Translations under genes and position numbers: made by a program
The notes under the pieces: generated by a model
What the model saw: only the letters and a program-made list of their open reading frames with translations
Database searches by the model: none
Told to the model about the DNA's origin: nothing
From: Cycas panzhihuaensis
Lineage: Eukaryota; Plantae; Cycadophyta
DNA length: 64,000 bases
Assembly: GCA_023213395.1 (NCBI GenBank)
Contig: CM041465.1
Location: 248,503,741-248,567,740, forward strand
Reading direction: 5' to 3'
Shown here: piece by piece, positions 23,032-37,006 of the stretch
How positions within the stretch are numbered: position 1 is the stretch's first letter
How the letters are laid out: every line of letters starts with the position of its first letter

Positions 23032-26000
23032 TGTTAAAAAACACCAAAGAGACATGATATATAATCATTTATATACACGATAGACACAAGATAAACAAGC
23101 ACATGAAGATAACATATTTGACATAGGAAACCCTTTTGGGAAAAGCCCACCACAGAAATATAATATTATATTTTTACAAATCTATCATAATATTACAATG
23201 GACTTGGATCCTTATTTATAGATTTATAAGTGTCTTAAATATTACATATGAGATTATATCTACTAGCCATATATTATATTACAATATTACATCATAAATA
23301 TTTAAATAATATTACCTCATTTACAATAGTTAGTAAGTGGATATAATACCACTCTAACATCCACCCTTAATATAAATGTAGGGTTTTGAAGTCTTCCTAG
23401 GGTTTGTCTAACATTTTATCCTTGTCGATAGATCTCCCTTCAAGGATAATCTCACTAAATCCCAAATTTACGTGAACCTTGATATAGTAATATTTAGTAA
23501 GAGCTTTGGTTAACACATCCTCAGGTTGATCTTCACTTAGACAAAACTTAACTTGCATCTTCTATGATTTGATCTACTATCAAATGTAATGGTGCTATGC
23601 CTGATATGTACATGATACTTTAGAAATGACTCTAATAGTCCTTGCAACCATACAACTTCTCTCGCACCAATACTTTGTCCATGGTACTTAGCCTTTTTCA
23701 TTGACTAATCTAAGAGGTTAAGTGACTTAAGCCATGTAAATCTCTTCTTCAAGTCTTTATTAAGGAATGTTGACCTTCTCATTCACTTGATGTGACTCTC
23801 AACTATATGTAGTTGCTACGTAAGGATTAATTAGATTAATAACATCATAGAGTTTGGTGTAAATATCTGTTCACAATTGATTCCTTCTTTTTATTTAAAA
23901 TTCTATATATAAAGTCTTATTAACTTGTAACTGATTAGTTCTTTGAGGGAGGTAAGGGAACTAAATCCCACATATCACTCCTTCAATATAGCTCTCCTTT
24001 GTGAATCTCCTTTTATTAGAATTGCTAGTGTCTACTACAAGTTTGACTAGCATGCTGACCCTTGTTCTTCAATTATCATCTAGATCTTCAATTGTTATAT
24101 TAGAGTCCTTAATGGTCCTTCTAGTCCATAATAGAATACAAGTTGTAATTTATACCTCTTCTTATAATGGCTCCTTATTAATATTCCCATTAGGTCCTAC
24201 TTTCATCTTAAATATAATGTTAGGTATACAAACCTCTATACCTATTAAACCATAACTCGAAAAGGGAAGGAATGAAGGATAAAACCTATTTTTAGACGAC
24301 ACTTTAGCATGGTACATCATTAACTTATCTAATTTAACATATAGACTAATCACAATGTTATTCCTCCTATAGATCACATAGTTTATAATCTTTGTTTCAA
24401 CCCCCACATAAATATATCTCAAACTCTTACGATCTTACTCCTGTAATCTTCATTTGAGATATGTACAATTAATGCACCCATATAGTCAATGGAAGTTTTC
24501 TCATTGGTCTAACATAATATATGGGTAATACCACAAATGGCTTTAGTAGAGGCCTTATTAAATACCTATGACAACAACTTCTACCAAAAATATAAGAAGT
24601 GAAATCTTACTATTTACCAAACACCTCCATATCTACATTATGGTATTATTCTTTCATCTGTGACACAATCTTATATGGGGTACACAGGATAAACAACTCC
24701 CATTTTATACCATGATCAAGGTAGAACTAATTTTACGACATTCTCATTATACACCTTTCCATTATCACTTTACTTTTATCACAAACTCACTATTGAATCT
24801 ACATTAAACTTATTCAGATATGCGTAAATGTTGAACCAACTTCCAATAGGCTATATATCCCATACTACCGTTTGTTTAACCACCCAAAGTATAATGTTCC
24901 ACCATGAATTGATAACTACTTATACAAATAGGCCAATAAACAACAATTTTGAACCACTTCACTCACACATCTGATGTAAAAAAATTGATTTATAATACCA
25001 CTATATAATAAATCACATCTTTTAATAATATATAATGATCAATACCATTGTTTACTCATCTTGTTGCTTAGTATCTCTATAAAATATGCCTTGATATCAA
25101 TCAATGAACATATACTAACATTGATATCTTGCCCATTAAGCATGCCCTTTTATTAATCAATGAAAATCCATTGACATCAATACCATGCCCAACCAGCTCT
25201 CTCATGTAATCACCATATTTCTTATACTGAACAATATGAAAAAAAGGAAGGCACTTATATATTCTGCCATTTAAATATTTCAAAGGTAAGTAATATATAT
25301 TATGACCTTTATAGTCATCCAATATGCCACCCTTATCACGTTCATATTGCTACCATATCAATGCATTATCCATGCTACTTTATTCAAGGCATAAACAATA
25401 AACTCCCACTTTCATAAAATGTTGCATCATCATCAAGAGAAAACAAAGGCGAGAGAATGGCGATCAAATGACTACTTAATATATTAACAAATTAATCAAT
25501 ACATCAAAGGCCCCAACTGATATATCAAATTCCATCATCCTTAATTCATAAAAGTCATTTAATTAAAGGCAAATAGAAACATCTTAATACAACTTCAAAA
25601 AATGGGCACTTAAAATCTTAATAAAAGGTGATCCAAATATTGACTTTGGTAACATAAAGTAATAAAAAAATGAATGATGGGGTGATTTTGTAAATATATT
25701 ATAAGTGACTTTATTTATCAAATGGAAATCAAATACTTTCAAAGATTACCTTATAGATTTTAGCCATAAATATTATGATGAACTTGTATATTGTTCCCGC
25801 AGTGAATAATATCTATGAATCTCTACTAAGATAGGCGAATCCACTTTAACGAGTGTTTCTTCCTATGTTTGGCTGCAATCTTCCATGGTTTTATAGACTT
25901 TGATGGTGACTTCATAACTATTAAAACAAATGATGCAAATGCAAGGGAAAAACTTTCTATTCAGCTGTAAATATTATAGCTCTTAATATATTCCTTTGCA

Positions 26001-27325
26001 TCTTTGATTTGGCTTGTAAACTTTCAACGATCATCTCTACAACTACTGTGTAATGCGACTTCTTATAAATACAATAAATTCAATGATTTCTCCTACAGAC
26101 TCTACATAAACTGCAATCTCTCACAATGGTGACAAACCCAATATAATAACATAAACAACTATGTATATAACTACATGTAAATACTACAACTTGATCTATG
26201 TATGGCAATTTCAATCTTCAATGATACCTTTCTCTAATGTCATTTGTAATCATTATAACTCTTAACCAATCTACATTTCTCTACATATACAAAGGTGTCA
26301 CTCTGATGTTTAATAGGTCCAACTACTGTGGGTGTCTCTCTAGTATGATTTCAGACTATGATCATATAACAATCAAACATCTCTCCCATTGGCCAACTCT
26401 GTACATATCCTCTCTTCTATCGTCTACTATAGAAAACACAACATTCTCTAAATTCTCTTCTCAAACTATGGTGATCAACCTCTCCACCCAACTGGCAGCT
26501 AACTATGATTCACCTAAGAGATCTCCTCGCAATAGCCACAACTCCTTCGATCTAGGTAATGGATGCCTTAACTTTAAGACACATTATTGTAACATCCATG
26601 ATCTGAGGTTGTGATGTTATCACACTATCAACAACATAAATAAATAGATCAGACACCTTCCATAAGTTCAAAATAGACATCAACAACTAGGAATTAAGTA
26701 ACCAAGGATTATAAATTTAGAGATAGGGGTACCAATATTCACTTTACATCTAGACACTTGCACAAAATAAAATAACACTGTTCACTCCTATGCATAGCTC
26801 CAAAGACCAATGAATCCCTATAAAATAGATTACTAAAGGTATCAAAATTTGTACATGATTATTACACCTTCATGATTGCTCTTTTAGTTGTTGGATAAGG
26901 TGATCCTCAAGGGGTGAGCTAGTACTACCTAGCAAACAATGATTAGAACAATTTGCCCAACATTCACCTACTTATGTATGACCATCTACCTTGATACCAT
27001 ATTAGAAAACACCAAACAAATAGGTTACATAATCATTTATGTACATAATAGACACAAAATAAATAAGCATGATGACAACAAATTTGACATGAAAACCCTT
27101 TTTGGGAAACACCCACTACAGAAATAGAATATTATATTTTTATAAGTTTGTTGTAATATTACAATAGACTTGGATCCTTATTTATAGATCCATAAGTGCC
27201 TCAAATATTACATATGAGATTACATCTGTTGGCCCAGTATTATATCACAATATTATATTATAAATATTCACATAATATTATCTTATTTACATTAGTTAAA
27301 AAGTGGATATAATACCACGCTAACA
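23032..27325 (-). mobile_element. Ty1/Copia retrotransposon, internally deleted and decayed
   Basis: LTRs 23032-23359 and 27000-27325, perfect TSD CCTTC, PBS (rc TGGTATCAAGG) ending at 26999, PPT at 23360-23368. RNase H (SEDQPEDVLTKAL), RT remnant (EEEIYMA) and integrase remnant on the minus strand. Confidence 0.9.
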
Positions 27326-28559
27326 CCTTCATAGGTGTAAAATTTCTTGTTTCTTCTTAGCTTTATAATTTATTAGATAAGAGTAATATGAGATGAAATC
27401 TTGAAGGCTCTTCATAAAAAAATCATAATTAGTATCTTCTTAGAATCTACTTAAGGGTATACATGATAGTCAAATTGGCTAGGTACTAAAGTCTCATAAG
27501 ATGCCATAAGATGAGGCAAAAAGCTGTACATATATAGTAAATCTCACAATTTTATTTAAGATGATTATGAGGAGGTAAAAGAAAGATATTATGAGAATCA
27601 AAGATATAAGACCCAATAATGAGATGGAGGAGTTATGTGGGATGGCTAAATGAAACTCACCTATAAGAACTTAAGGCACAAGTCTTAAAGGAGAGACCCT
27701 CCATCTCAGAGAAGTAATAAAGAGATGCCCTATAAGGTTCAAATATAGAAACTACTTAATGGATCTTTATGAGGGAGTCAAGACTATTTATAAAATGTTA
27801 ATCTCACAAGATCCTAGGTAATAATTCACTAAGAATGTGGGTCAGTTATGTCATTGGTATAACAGAGTTTAATCTCATCCAATCCAAATTCATCATATGT
27901 AGGATTAATAATTGTGGGGTATATAAAACTTAAATTTTTATCCCAAATCAAGTTGAAGTTTAAATTTTCCCCAAAAGTTTATTTTTTACATCTTGCATCT
28001 ATATAAGTTACTTGTATTCCTATGACTACTTGGAAATTGACATGAAAATAAGTTTTGCTGAGAGCTTCCAAGGATTTTTCCTTGTAAATAATGCATCATA
28101 AAGGCCATTATAGACATTAGGAATACCACCAAGATCAAGTATGAAGATTTACATCATAAAAAAGTACATAATGTAAACTATGGGCATTGGGCCTGGTTCT
28201 AATTAAGATATCCCTTAAAGTGCTTCCTTACCCTATGATTTATTTTTAATATATAGAAAGATTCGATGAATAGAAATGTTCATGTATAGGTTAGACAACA
28301 AAATCATTTGTAACCTTTCTATGTAGAAAATTTGAAGGATATTTAACCTTACACAACCAAATGCAAATTTCAATTATACACAAATTGAGATAGCAATATA
28401 AAAGGATAAATAGCTTATGGAAGTTATATATGATTGAATGTCAAATAAACTAAATAAATTACCAAGTGGTCATATACCATTAGATAGAAATTGGACCCAA
28501 AAACTAAAATATGGGTTCTATTAGTATCTAAGGTGATGGGAAAGTATGATACTAAGAAG

Positions 28560-30110
28560 ATGAAAAAAAATAACAACATATATCATTTATTATATTAAAA
28601 AAATGAAGGTGATTTATTATTATTATGTGAATATTAGTGTATTATCTCACCACAACACCAAGATGTCAAGAAAGGAGATAGATTTTATATGGTTGCATAT
28701 CTTCTTTATGCAACATTTAAACTATTCATCTTGGAATGTCATTTTAAATACAAAAAATGAATAAAGAGGTCAACATTCCTAAATCATTATGTTACCATAA
28801 GGTATGGAATATTAAGTAGCCTTATTTTTACCATGACGTCATAGATAACTTTTTGTTTATTATTAAGAGAACATTAGGCTAGCTTGAATCAATAAGTGAT
28901 CGAGGTTCATTAGTGGTTGAATGGGATTAATGGAGAATGAAATGGTGACTTTTATTTATTTTTAAAAGATTATACTATCTGGGTGAATGGAATTTTTAGA
29001 TTTACATTTCACTTACCTAAGTGTTTATAGAATAGAATGTATTTCTCAAATATTTGGAGGCAACTTTTCATAGTTAGGGGCTAATTGAATATGAAACATA
29101 AAAATGCCCCTTTCCAAAAACTACCTAGGAAGTTTGGATATTGGTAGATGAATAGATGGTCATCGGTGGATCATTTTGCTTCATAATGTAGACTTCATAA
29201 ACTCTAAAGGACTAGGGAGAGATATTATGACCCATATGGGGTTATAAAGATATGCTTAGTCTCACATGGGATGTCTTAACCAGCACATCAACTAAATGGT
29301 AATAAGTTAGCTCAAAACTCTAAAGTTGATGATCAAATCTATGGGATGGAATTCAAACCTCCTAGCTTATCCTCCAACTGACCTGGTTCTATAAGTGTGG
29401 AGGAAATTAGACTAGGATGGGTGTCACTTGAAGTAAGAATAAGTAACTTGAGTAGAGTCTCATAATCTATTTAAACTCAACTTGCATAAATAAAGGAGAG
29501 TACAACCATATTAACTTCTCGTATTCTATCACCTTCCTACTGCATTATTAAGAAATGTGGTGATGACACCTCTCCCTCTCCATCTTTAAAATAAGTGAGA
29601 TTGTTATAGAAAATAACCCAGCCAAGAAGTCTCAAATGAAGTTGAAGTTTATCCAATGTTTAGATACAATAGCTAATAATTTTATTCCTATATATATCCT
29701 CACCCCTATTCCAAAGGGGGAAGTAGTTAAGTCCATCGAAGATTTACTTATCATCATAATAGTGGAGGGGGAGCACCTAAGTTTGACTCAACAATGTAGT
29801 ACATCTAATAGAAATAATCACTTAATAGAAGGATTCAAGTTGGATTTGGGAAAATAAACTCCTGAAGACTTTCTTCTTGTTAAAGTAGAAACTTATAATG
29901 TGTTGATATAAGAGATCCCTAAAACAAAACTAGAACCTAGAGGAAATCCAATATATATTAGATTCATAGGTTAGGCAACAATGGGAATTGAGAGCTTATG
30001 AAGAAGTTTTAATATAGCTTGTAGATATAAGGATTCCTAAAGTTAAGTTTTATGAATAAGAAGATTAAAAGTGAAGTATATATTAAATTAAAATTAAAGG
30101 CAAAGGTGAG
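28560..30110 (+). pseudogene. Decayed accessory ORF of a Gypsy-type element (function unknown); continues at 36431-36807 and 45982-46230, second copy at 37007-38809
   Basis: Long frame broken mainly by TAG/TAA: RFYMVAYLLYA...GDFYLFLKDYTIWVNGIFRFTFHLPKCL.NRMYFSNIWRQLF...KLPRKFG...ERYYDPYG. It resembles extra ORFs I recall from gymnosperm Gypsy elements (not verified). Confidence 0.45.
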
Positions 30111-30802
30111 ATTAAGAGGTTGGAAGGTGAACTTAACAACGGAACTGCAAGGCGAACGATGAACGACGATTGTGCTTAGGGTTTACTAGGTGAACTGTGA
30201 ACGACCAGTGGGCAGGGGCAGCTTTGGGGATGGATCTGGCATCCTCCAAGTTGAGATGGGTATTAAGATGTTTAGATTTTTTTGTATCTAAGGCAGACCC
30301 AGGTTATTATAGCCTTCAACATCGATCCATGGATTGTGAAGAGACCTTCTGTCGTCTCTCAGAAGAACTCAGACTACCAAAGCAATGACCCCCTCAGCTT
30401 ACAGAACTAGAGTGATCCTAAAGGAGATGCATTTTAGAATCAATGGGGAGTTTCATATGGCTAGGTTCTCCATCTGGGAGCCATCCACCCCTAGATCTAC
30501 AAAGAGATGATTCTCTCTCAAAGATCCAGAGAAAAAGAATAAAGAACAACTTTCTCCTAGCTCTGGTCATTAAATCGATTGGAACGAAGATGGTTTTGAC
30601 GACAGGAGTTGGGTTTGCTGGGTGCTCCATGCTTCTAGAGAGGGTACTAGACCAAGTTTTGTCAAATCTGTAGATAAGCGAGTTGAGAGGATCTGGGTGC
30701 AGGAGCAAAAAGAAAAAATCAGGCTTCAAAAGATGTAGGTTAGTGGTTCTAACAGCGGCCAAACTGGTGAGACCCATTAATTTAAATGAATATATTTAAA
30801 TC

Positions 30803-32038
30803 ATGGAGGAACCTATGAAGGAACCACCCCAATCTCAGACTGTTCAGTCCTACCAGACCCATTTTCTTAACAGAAAGTCATATTTAGAAGCTTTAAGCAA
30901 CCCTGAAGATGAAACGTTTGAGATAAACCCTATTTTAAAAAATGATAAGTTCAAAATTTTAGTTCCTAAGAAGCTATCAGACAAGATAGAAAATTATTAG
31001 GAAAATAGCCTTGTTGGGCACTTTTTAGGCCCTAGGCCAGGAGTTGATCCCATTAGGAAGTGGGTTAATGAGTGATGGAAGCTAAAAGGATAAATTGAGG
31101 TTATCGCACTCCCCAAAGGTTGCATTCTTTTCAAGTTCACCTGCCATGAGGATATGGTTAATATTCTTCTAAAATCCCCTTAGATGATGGGGAGGAAGGC
31201 ACTTTTGTTAGAGAAATGGCATCCAGACTTTGATTTGGCAGAGGGGTCCATAAAGTAAATCCCCTTATGGATTCATCTCTTGGGCCTCCCTCTCCAAGCT
31301 TGGGATATTGATGTTACAAAAAGGATACTAAAGATTATTGGGCCCCTTTTGGTAGTGGACTCTGCAATGAAGAATAAGAGCAGATTAGTGAACTATAGAT
31401 GGATGTGGTTAGAGTAAAGAAAAAAGACTGGAGTATGAGATGGAAAATGTGAAGTGTTTAAAATGTAAATGTCTGCGTCATTTCCCCTCTAACTACCCTG
31501 GGATTCTAAAGCTAAGCTGATCCAACCTACCTGAAGAGGAGGGCAAGGTAGATAAAGGTCACAAGGAGCCTGACAGCCTCGTAGAGCCAGTAAGGCATGT
31601 TGAATTACAAAACAATGAGGGATAGGAGTTAGAGCCTCCAAAGGAAGGGCAGGGAACATCCCAAACTGAAGGGGGGGCATGTTTCAATATGGATGAAGAA
31701 GATTCCCTTTATGGAGATGGGAAGGATGAAATAAGGACTCCCCTAAACCCTATCTAGCTCCAAATTGCACTTATGCACCATGGGGGTGATACGAACGAAG
31801 GGGCTACTAGTGCAGAGAAGAAGGCGGAGAAGGTTTGGAGGGCCAGAGATCTTGGGCCCAATGATGAGGACCCAGCAATAGCCAGGGGTCTAGATTTTGG
31901 CAGTGAGAAGAGGCTCAGTAGGCCATCAACAAAAGCTATAAGGGAGAGAGAGGCAGTGATCTAGATTGATCAGGGGACACAACGCACCCTAAAGGATGGG
32001 GCCCCAACTCTAGGACCCAAGACCAGAAGCAAGAAATG
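30803..32038 (+). pseudogene. LINE ORF1 (DUF4283-like plus zinc knuckle), disrupted
   Basis: SLVGHFLGPRP..DPIRKWV...W, FKF...ED...IL...P.MMG...LLLEKWHPDF, PLWIHL.GLPL..W, EYE....C..CK...H. End is approximate. Confidence 0.8.
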
Positions 32039-32064
32039 AGGGACCCAAAAGGGGGGCTACAATC

Positions 32065-35000
32065 ATGAAGCTGGCCTCTTGGAATACACGTGGTATAAAT
32101 GCCCCATCAAAAATATAGAATGATCAAAGACCTGATGGGCTAGATGAAACTAGACATCTTGTTGATTTAAGAGATGAAACTGGTAGTTGAAAATAAAGGG
32201 ATTATTAAGAATAAGATTTGGGAAGGGGCTGATTGGATTACCTTGGAAGGGGTTAGAGGATCTAAGGGGCTAGCCAGCATGTGGAACCCCAAGTCTTGGT
32301 AAGGTGAGATCTTTATTATTGAGGAGCATTTTATATCTAGTTGCATGACAAGCAAGAATTCCAACCGAAAATGGTTGGTTACTAATGTGTATGCTCCCCT
32401 TACGCACGATGGAAGGAAGCGTCTCTGGAGCAGGCTTCTAGAGGCCCATGCAAACTGGTCTGGACTATGGGTAATAACAGAGGACTTTAATACGAACCTT
32501 TCTCCTAAAGAGAAGAAAGGGGGGCAAATTGAATGGACAAAAAACATGGAAGACTTGGGGGACTTTATGCAGAAGGGTGGGTTAATGGATATCCCCTTAC
32601 GGGGCCACAAGTTCACTTGGTCCAACAAAATACTAGGTTTTCACCATATCCAAGTCAGGCTAGACAGAGTCTTAGTTAATTATGACTAGTCTAGCCAACA
32701 TAGCAACATTAGGTTGGAAGCCTTACCCAGGACAGTATCTGATCACACTCCATTGGTGTTGGAATTCGATGAAAATAGAGGTTGTGTAAATGCTCCCTTC
32801 TGATTTGAGCTTATGTGGACAAGAGACCCCAGTCTCTACGGACTGATAACTAAGTGGTGGAAGATTCCAATGTTTGGATGTGCAATGTGGAGATTCTCAC
32901 AAAAATTAAACTAAGTGAAATGTCAGATCAAAGTTTGGAACAAAAACTCCTATAGAGATATTTTTGCTAGGAAGGCTTAGATTCTAGAGGAGTTAAATGC
33001 CCTTGAGGGAAAAATATAGGGGCAAGGTCTCACCCTTAATCTAGACCAGGATGAAAGAGGCCTTTTGTGTGTTCTAGATGAAGTTTTGACTAAGGAGGAA
33101 ATCTTTTGGAAATAGAAGTCTAGGGCCTTGTGGTTGGCCGAGGGGGACAGAAACACAAATTTTTTTCATATGACAATGGTTAAACATAGAGCCTGTAATC
33201 ATATCAAAGCTTTAATAAATGAGTGGGGGGAGGAAATTCTAGATCTAGAAAGTATCAAAGATACTACAATGGATTACTTCTTGGAATTATATAAGGAGCC
33301 AGGATGTACAGATGAGGCAATTAGAAGGAAGATTCTCGAGGCTATACCAATAAAGGTAAATGAAGCTATGAACAGAGCTCTAGAGCCCCCTTTCTCTTAA
33401 GAAGGGGTGAGGAAAGTTATTTTTGGGATGAAGAGGGAGAAAGCTCCTAGACCTAATGGCTTTCCTCCATGCTTCTATCAGGAATATTAGGAGATAATAA
33501 AGGATGACCTTCTAGAAGATGTAAAGGAATTTTATATGAATGGTAAAATCCATAGCGAATGGAAAGCAACATTCCTAGTTCTAATCCCAAAGAAAGGTGA
33601 CGCTAAGAGGATGGAAGATTTTAGGCCCATTAGCTTATGTAATGTAAAATACAAAATTCTAGCCAAAGTCTTAGTGAACAGGCTCAAAGAATATTTCCCC
33701 TTAATTATAGGTCTGAACCAGGATGGGTTCATGAAGGGAAGACAAATTCTGGATGGTATCATTGTGGTTCATGAAACGATCCATTCAATCTCCTAGAGGA
33801 AGGATCCTAGGATGGTTGTCAAGATAGACCTCTCAAAAGCCTATGATAGGGTATCATGGGGTTGTTTGTTGGATTGTATCAGTGCATTTGGGTTTGGGAA
33901 TTACTAGAGAGTCTAGATTGAGAGTTACATATCGAGGCCTATATTTTTTGTGATTATAAATGGATCCTCCTCTGCCTTTTTTTTAGGCTATAGAGGCCTA
34001 AGACAAGGGGATCCGCTGGCTCCCAACTTGTTTATTATAATGGCAGAGATCTTAGGTAGGTCTATGGAGGAAGTTAGGGTTTCTAAGAGGATTGTGGGTC
34101 TTAGGCCCACATCGGGTGTGGATAATATTATGCATCGCCATTTTGTGGATGACAATATACTGCTTAGGAAGGTCACGATAAAAGAAGCTAGGGTAATAAA
34201 GGCTCAGTTGGAAAGATTTGAAATAACAACGAATCAAAAAATAAACCTAGGGAAAAGTAACATCTTTTTCTTGAACGCCACAGAAAGAACAAAGAGAGTT
34301 ATATGCAGGATTCTGGAGATGTCACCTAAGGAGTTGTCCACTCTTTATCTTGGAATGCCCCCTTTTTAAGGCAGAATGGAGAAGGACCTTTGGAACCTGA
34401 TCATCAATAAGGTCCAAAGGAAGCTAACTAGCTAGAAAGGGGCTCTGCTGAGCCAGGTTGGGAAATTACAACTTCTGGTTTCTTCATTACAGAGTATCCC
34501 GGCATACATGATGTCTTTATTTAGGTGTCCTAGGAGGGTTAAGTGTGCTCTTAAGTCTATCCAAAAGAGGTTTCTGTGGTCAGGGTTTGAGGATAAGGCG
34601 AGAGTCCATCTAGTGTCTTGGGACAAAGTGTGCCCCCCTAAATGGGCGGGAGGCTTGAATGTTAAGGATATATCAAGTTTTAACAGTGCTATGATCGCCA
34701 AACTTAGTTGGAGCCTTGCTGTCATGGAGGAGAAGGCATGGTGTAAGATGATTTCTCATAAATACCTTAGGGGTAAGTAATTCCTAAAGGATAATACACC
34801 TAGGTCCCAAGGATCAGCCATATGGAGGAGCTTAGTATCTGTGAGAAAAATGTTAATGACTGGGGCCTAGTGGAGTTTGGGAGATGGTAAAGTGACATAC
34901 TTCTGGGAGGATACCTAACACGGTAATAGGCAACGGATAGATGGCCTATGTTTGCTTCCTTACAACTTATGTGCTAGAGTAGGTATAACAAAAAGGTTAA

Positions 35001-36270
35001 GGATTATTAGGAATTAGGGGGGTGAGAGAAGAAATGGAACAATTTTGAAGAAGTCTCCCAGGATATAGGGGATGAGCAACAAGTTATAGAGCTAAGGAAA
35101 GAGATGGAAAGCATATACATTCCTAGATTTCTAAGAAAAGATACCTTGGTTTGGCCAGGGCCCTCCTCAGGGAGATATACAGTAAGATCCAGGTACCTCT
35201 CCCTATTGGGGGTAAAAGGTATCATGAAACATAAGCTATTAGGAAGTGTGTGGAAGCTAGGGCTTATCCCTAAAATTGCTATTTTTTTGTGGCTCTGTCT
35301 TAAGAATAAGATTCTTACCTTGAAAAATCTCAGGAAGAGGGGATTCTAGCTAGCAAGCAGATGTGTTATCTACTTCAAGAATGAAGAGTCCTTGGATCAT
35401 ATATTCTTGCATTGTTCCTCTGCAAGAGAGGTGTGGGATAAGCTTTGGGGATCATTTAAAGTCTCCTGGGCTATCCCTGAGATGGTCAAGGACCTGACTG
35501 TGGCTTGGGTTTGCCTTTTCAAATGTAGGATGCTCTAGTCCTTGTGGCTAACATCCCTCTCCACTCTTGTGTAGAACTTATGGAAAGAAAGGAACATGCA
35601 CATCTTTTAGGATAAGAGAATGTTTGAGTCTAGCTTGTTTGGGATCATTGCAACATCCCTGAAAGAAACCTCAAGGGCAAAAGAAGAATATGCTATTACC
35701 TATGATGATAGGATAATTCTAGCCAGGTGGGGCTTTAGAGATATCATGCCTAAGCCAAAGGAGGTTAGACATGAGGGTTGGGACCTACCACTGTAGGACT
35801 GGTTAAAGATAAACTTCGACAGTGCATCAAAAGGAAACCCCAGAGAGGCCAGGGGAGGTGGTGTCTGTAGGGATGGGAGAGGAAAGGCTCCATGGGCCTT
35901 TGCTGAGTATTATGGTATACAGACCAATCATGAGGTAGAGTTGAGAGCCATGCATAGAGCGGTAGACTTGGTTACTAGAGCTGGAGGTCTGAACGTAATA
36001 GTGGAAGGAGACTCCCTGAACACAATTAAGTTCATAAAGGGGGAAGTAGAGACAGATTAAATGCATTGTGCCATGATTAAGGACATGAGGGAGATGCTCG
36101 ATAGGATCGAAGAAGTCTAGGTTATCCACACATATAGAGAAGGGAATAGGGTGGATAATAATTTAACTAATTTGAGGGTCCAACACAAAAGGAATAAGAG
36201 TTGGAACAATGACTTACTTGAAGAGATAATGGGTCTGGTTTGTAAGGACTTGGGGTGTTCCTAGAGTTAG
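32065..36270 (+). pseudogene. LINE ORF2 (endonuclease-RT-zf-RVT-RNase H), disrupted
   Basis: MKLASWNTRGIN, NVYAP, DFN, RLDR, SDH (APE endonuclease); FRPISLCN, KIDLSKAYDRV, RGLRQGDPLAP, FVDD (RT); CVIY..NEESLDHIFLHC (zf-RVT); KINFDSASKGNP, VEGDS, IHTYREGN (RNase H). Confidence 0.93.
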
Positions 36271-37006
36271 TTTGTTATAAATGTCTGGTTTGTATAAAAG
36301 CTAGGTCGTGGGCTTGTCACGACCGATTTGAGTAGCTATTTTGGCAGACTTTATATAGGGGTTGGGGTCCCCTTCTAATCCCTATATTTATTTACACCAT
36401 ATCAAAAAAAAAAAAAAAGATTAAGAGGTTCAACCTTCCTATAGGTGAAGATACTACTTTAAAGGTCATAGATTTTGACTTGGCCATGGTTAACATGGTT
36501 AAAGGAAAAGTTAAGGAATTATAAGATCAAGTGGAAAGTATAATAGTTGAGAATTAGTATTTAAGGATTAAAAATGAGGAATTAAAGCAAAAGTATGCTT
36601 TAATTAATGGGATATATGAATCTTTATATGTCCACCAATTACAAGAGTAGGTTTTGAGAATAAAGGATGATATTTCTATTCAACTTTAACTTCAAAAATC
36701 TATAATGACCAAACATGTGGTAGATGAGTTCTAAGTTAGGAATATAGAAGATAAGGTTAAACTATCCACTTTGCTTTGGGACTTCTTATATGAAGCCTAT
36801 GACCTCATCATGCAAGAGCATTTACAAATCCCAAGTTTGAAGAGTCACCTTATTAGGACCATAACTTTTGACTTAGATGTCTATTTTGGCCTAATTTTTT
36901 GGGAGAACTAGATCTCTAAATTTACATCATATATTCTTTTTGTGAAGGAGAATATGAGGTAGAAGATGAATTAGAAGAGGTGAATTGGAGGAAATATTTT
37001 ATTTGC

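Larger units (their letters stand above)
30122..36418 (+). mobile_element. Full-length L1-clade LINE with C-terminal RNase H
   Basis: TSD GATTAAGAGGTT (30110-30121 and 36419-36430), 15-nt poly(A) at 36404-36418, ORF1 plus ORF2. The empty site is preserved in the duplicate copy at ~38430-38450. Confidence 0.96.

Noticed and set aside
26237-26614. 125-aa plus-strand ORF
   Set aside because: Lies antisense within the decayed Copia internal region; no motif.
32167-36129. Several minus-strand ORFs of 60-153 aa
   Set aside because: Antisense shadows of LINE ORF2.
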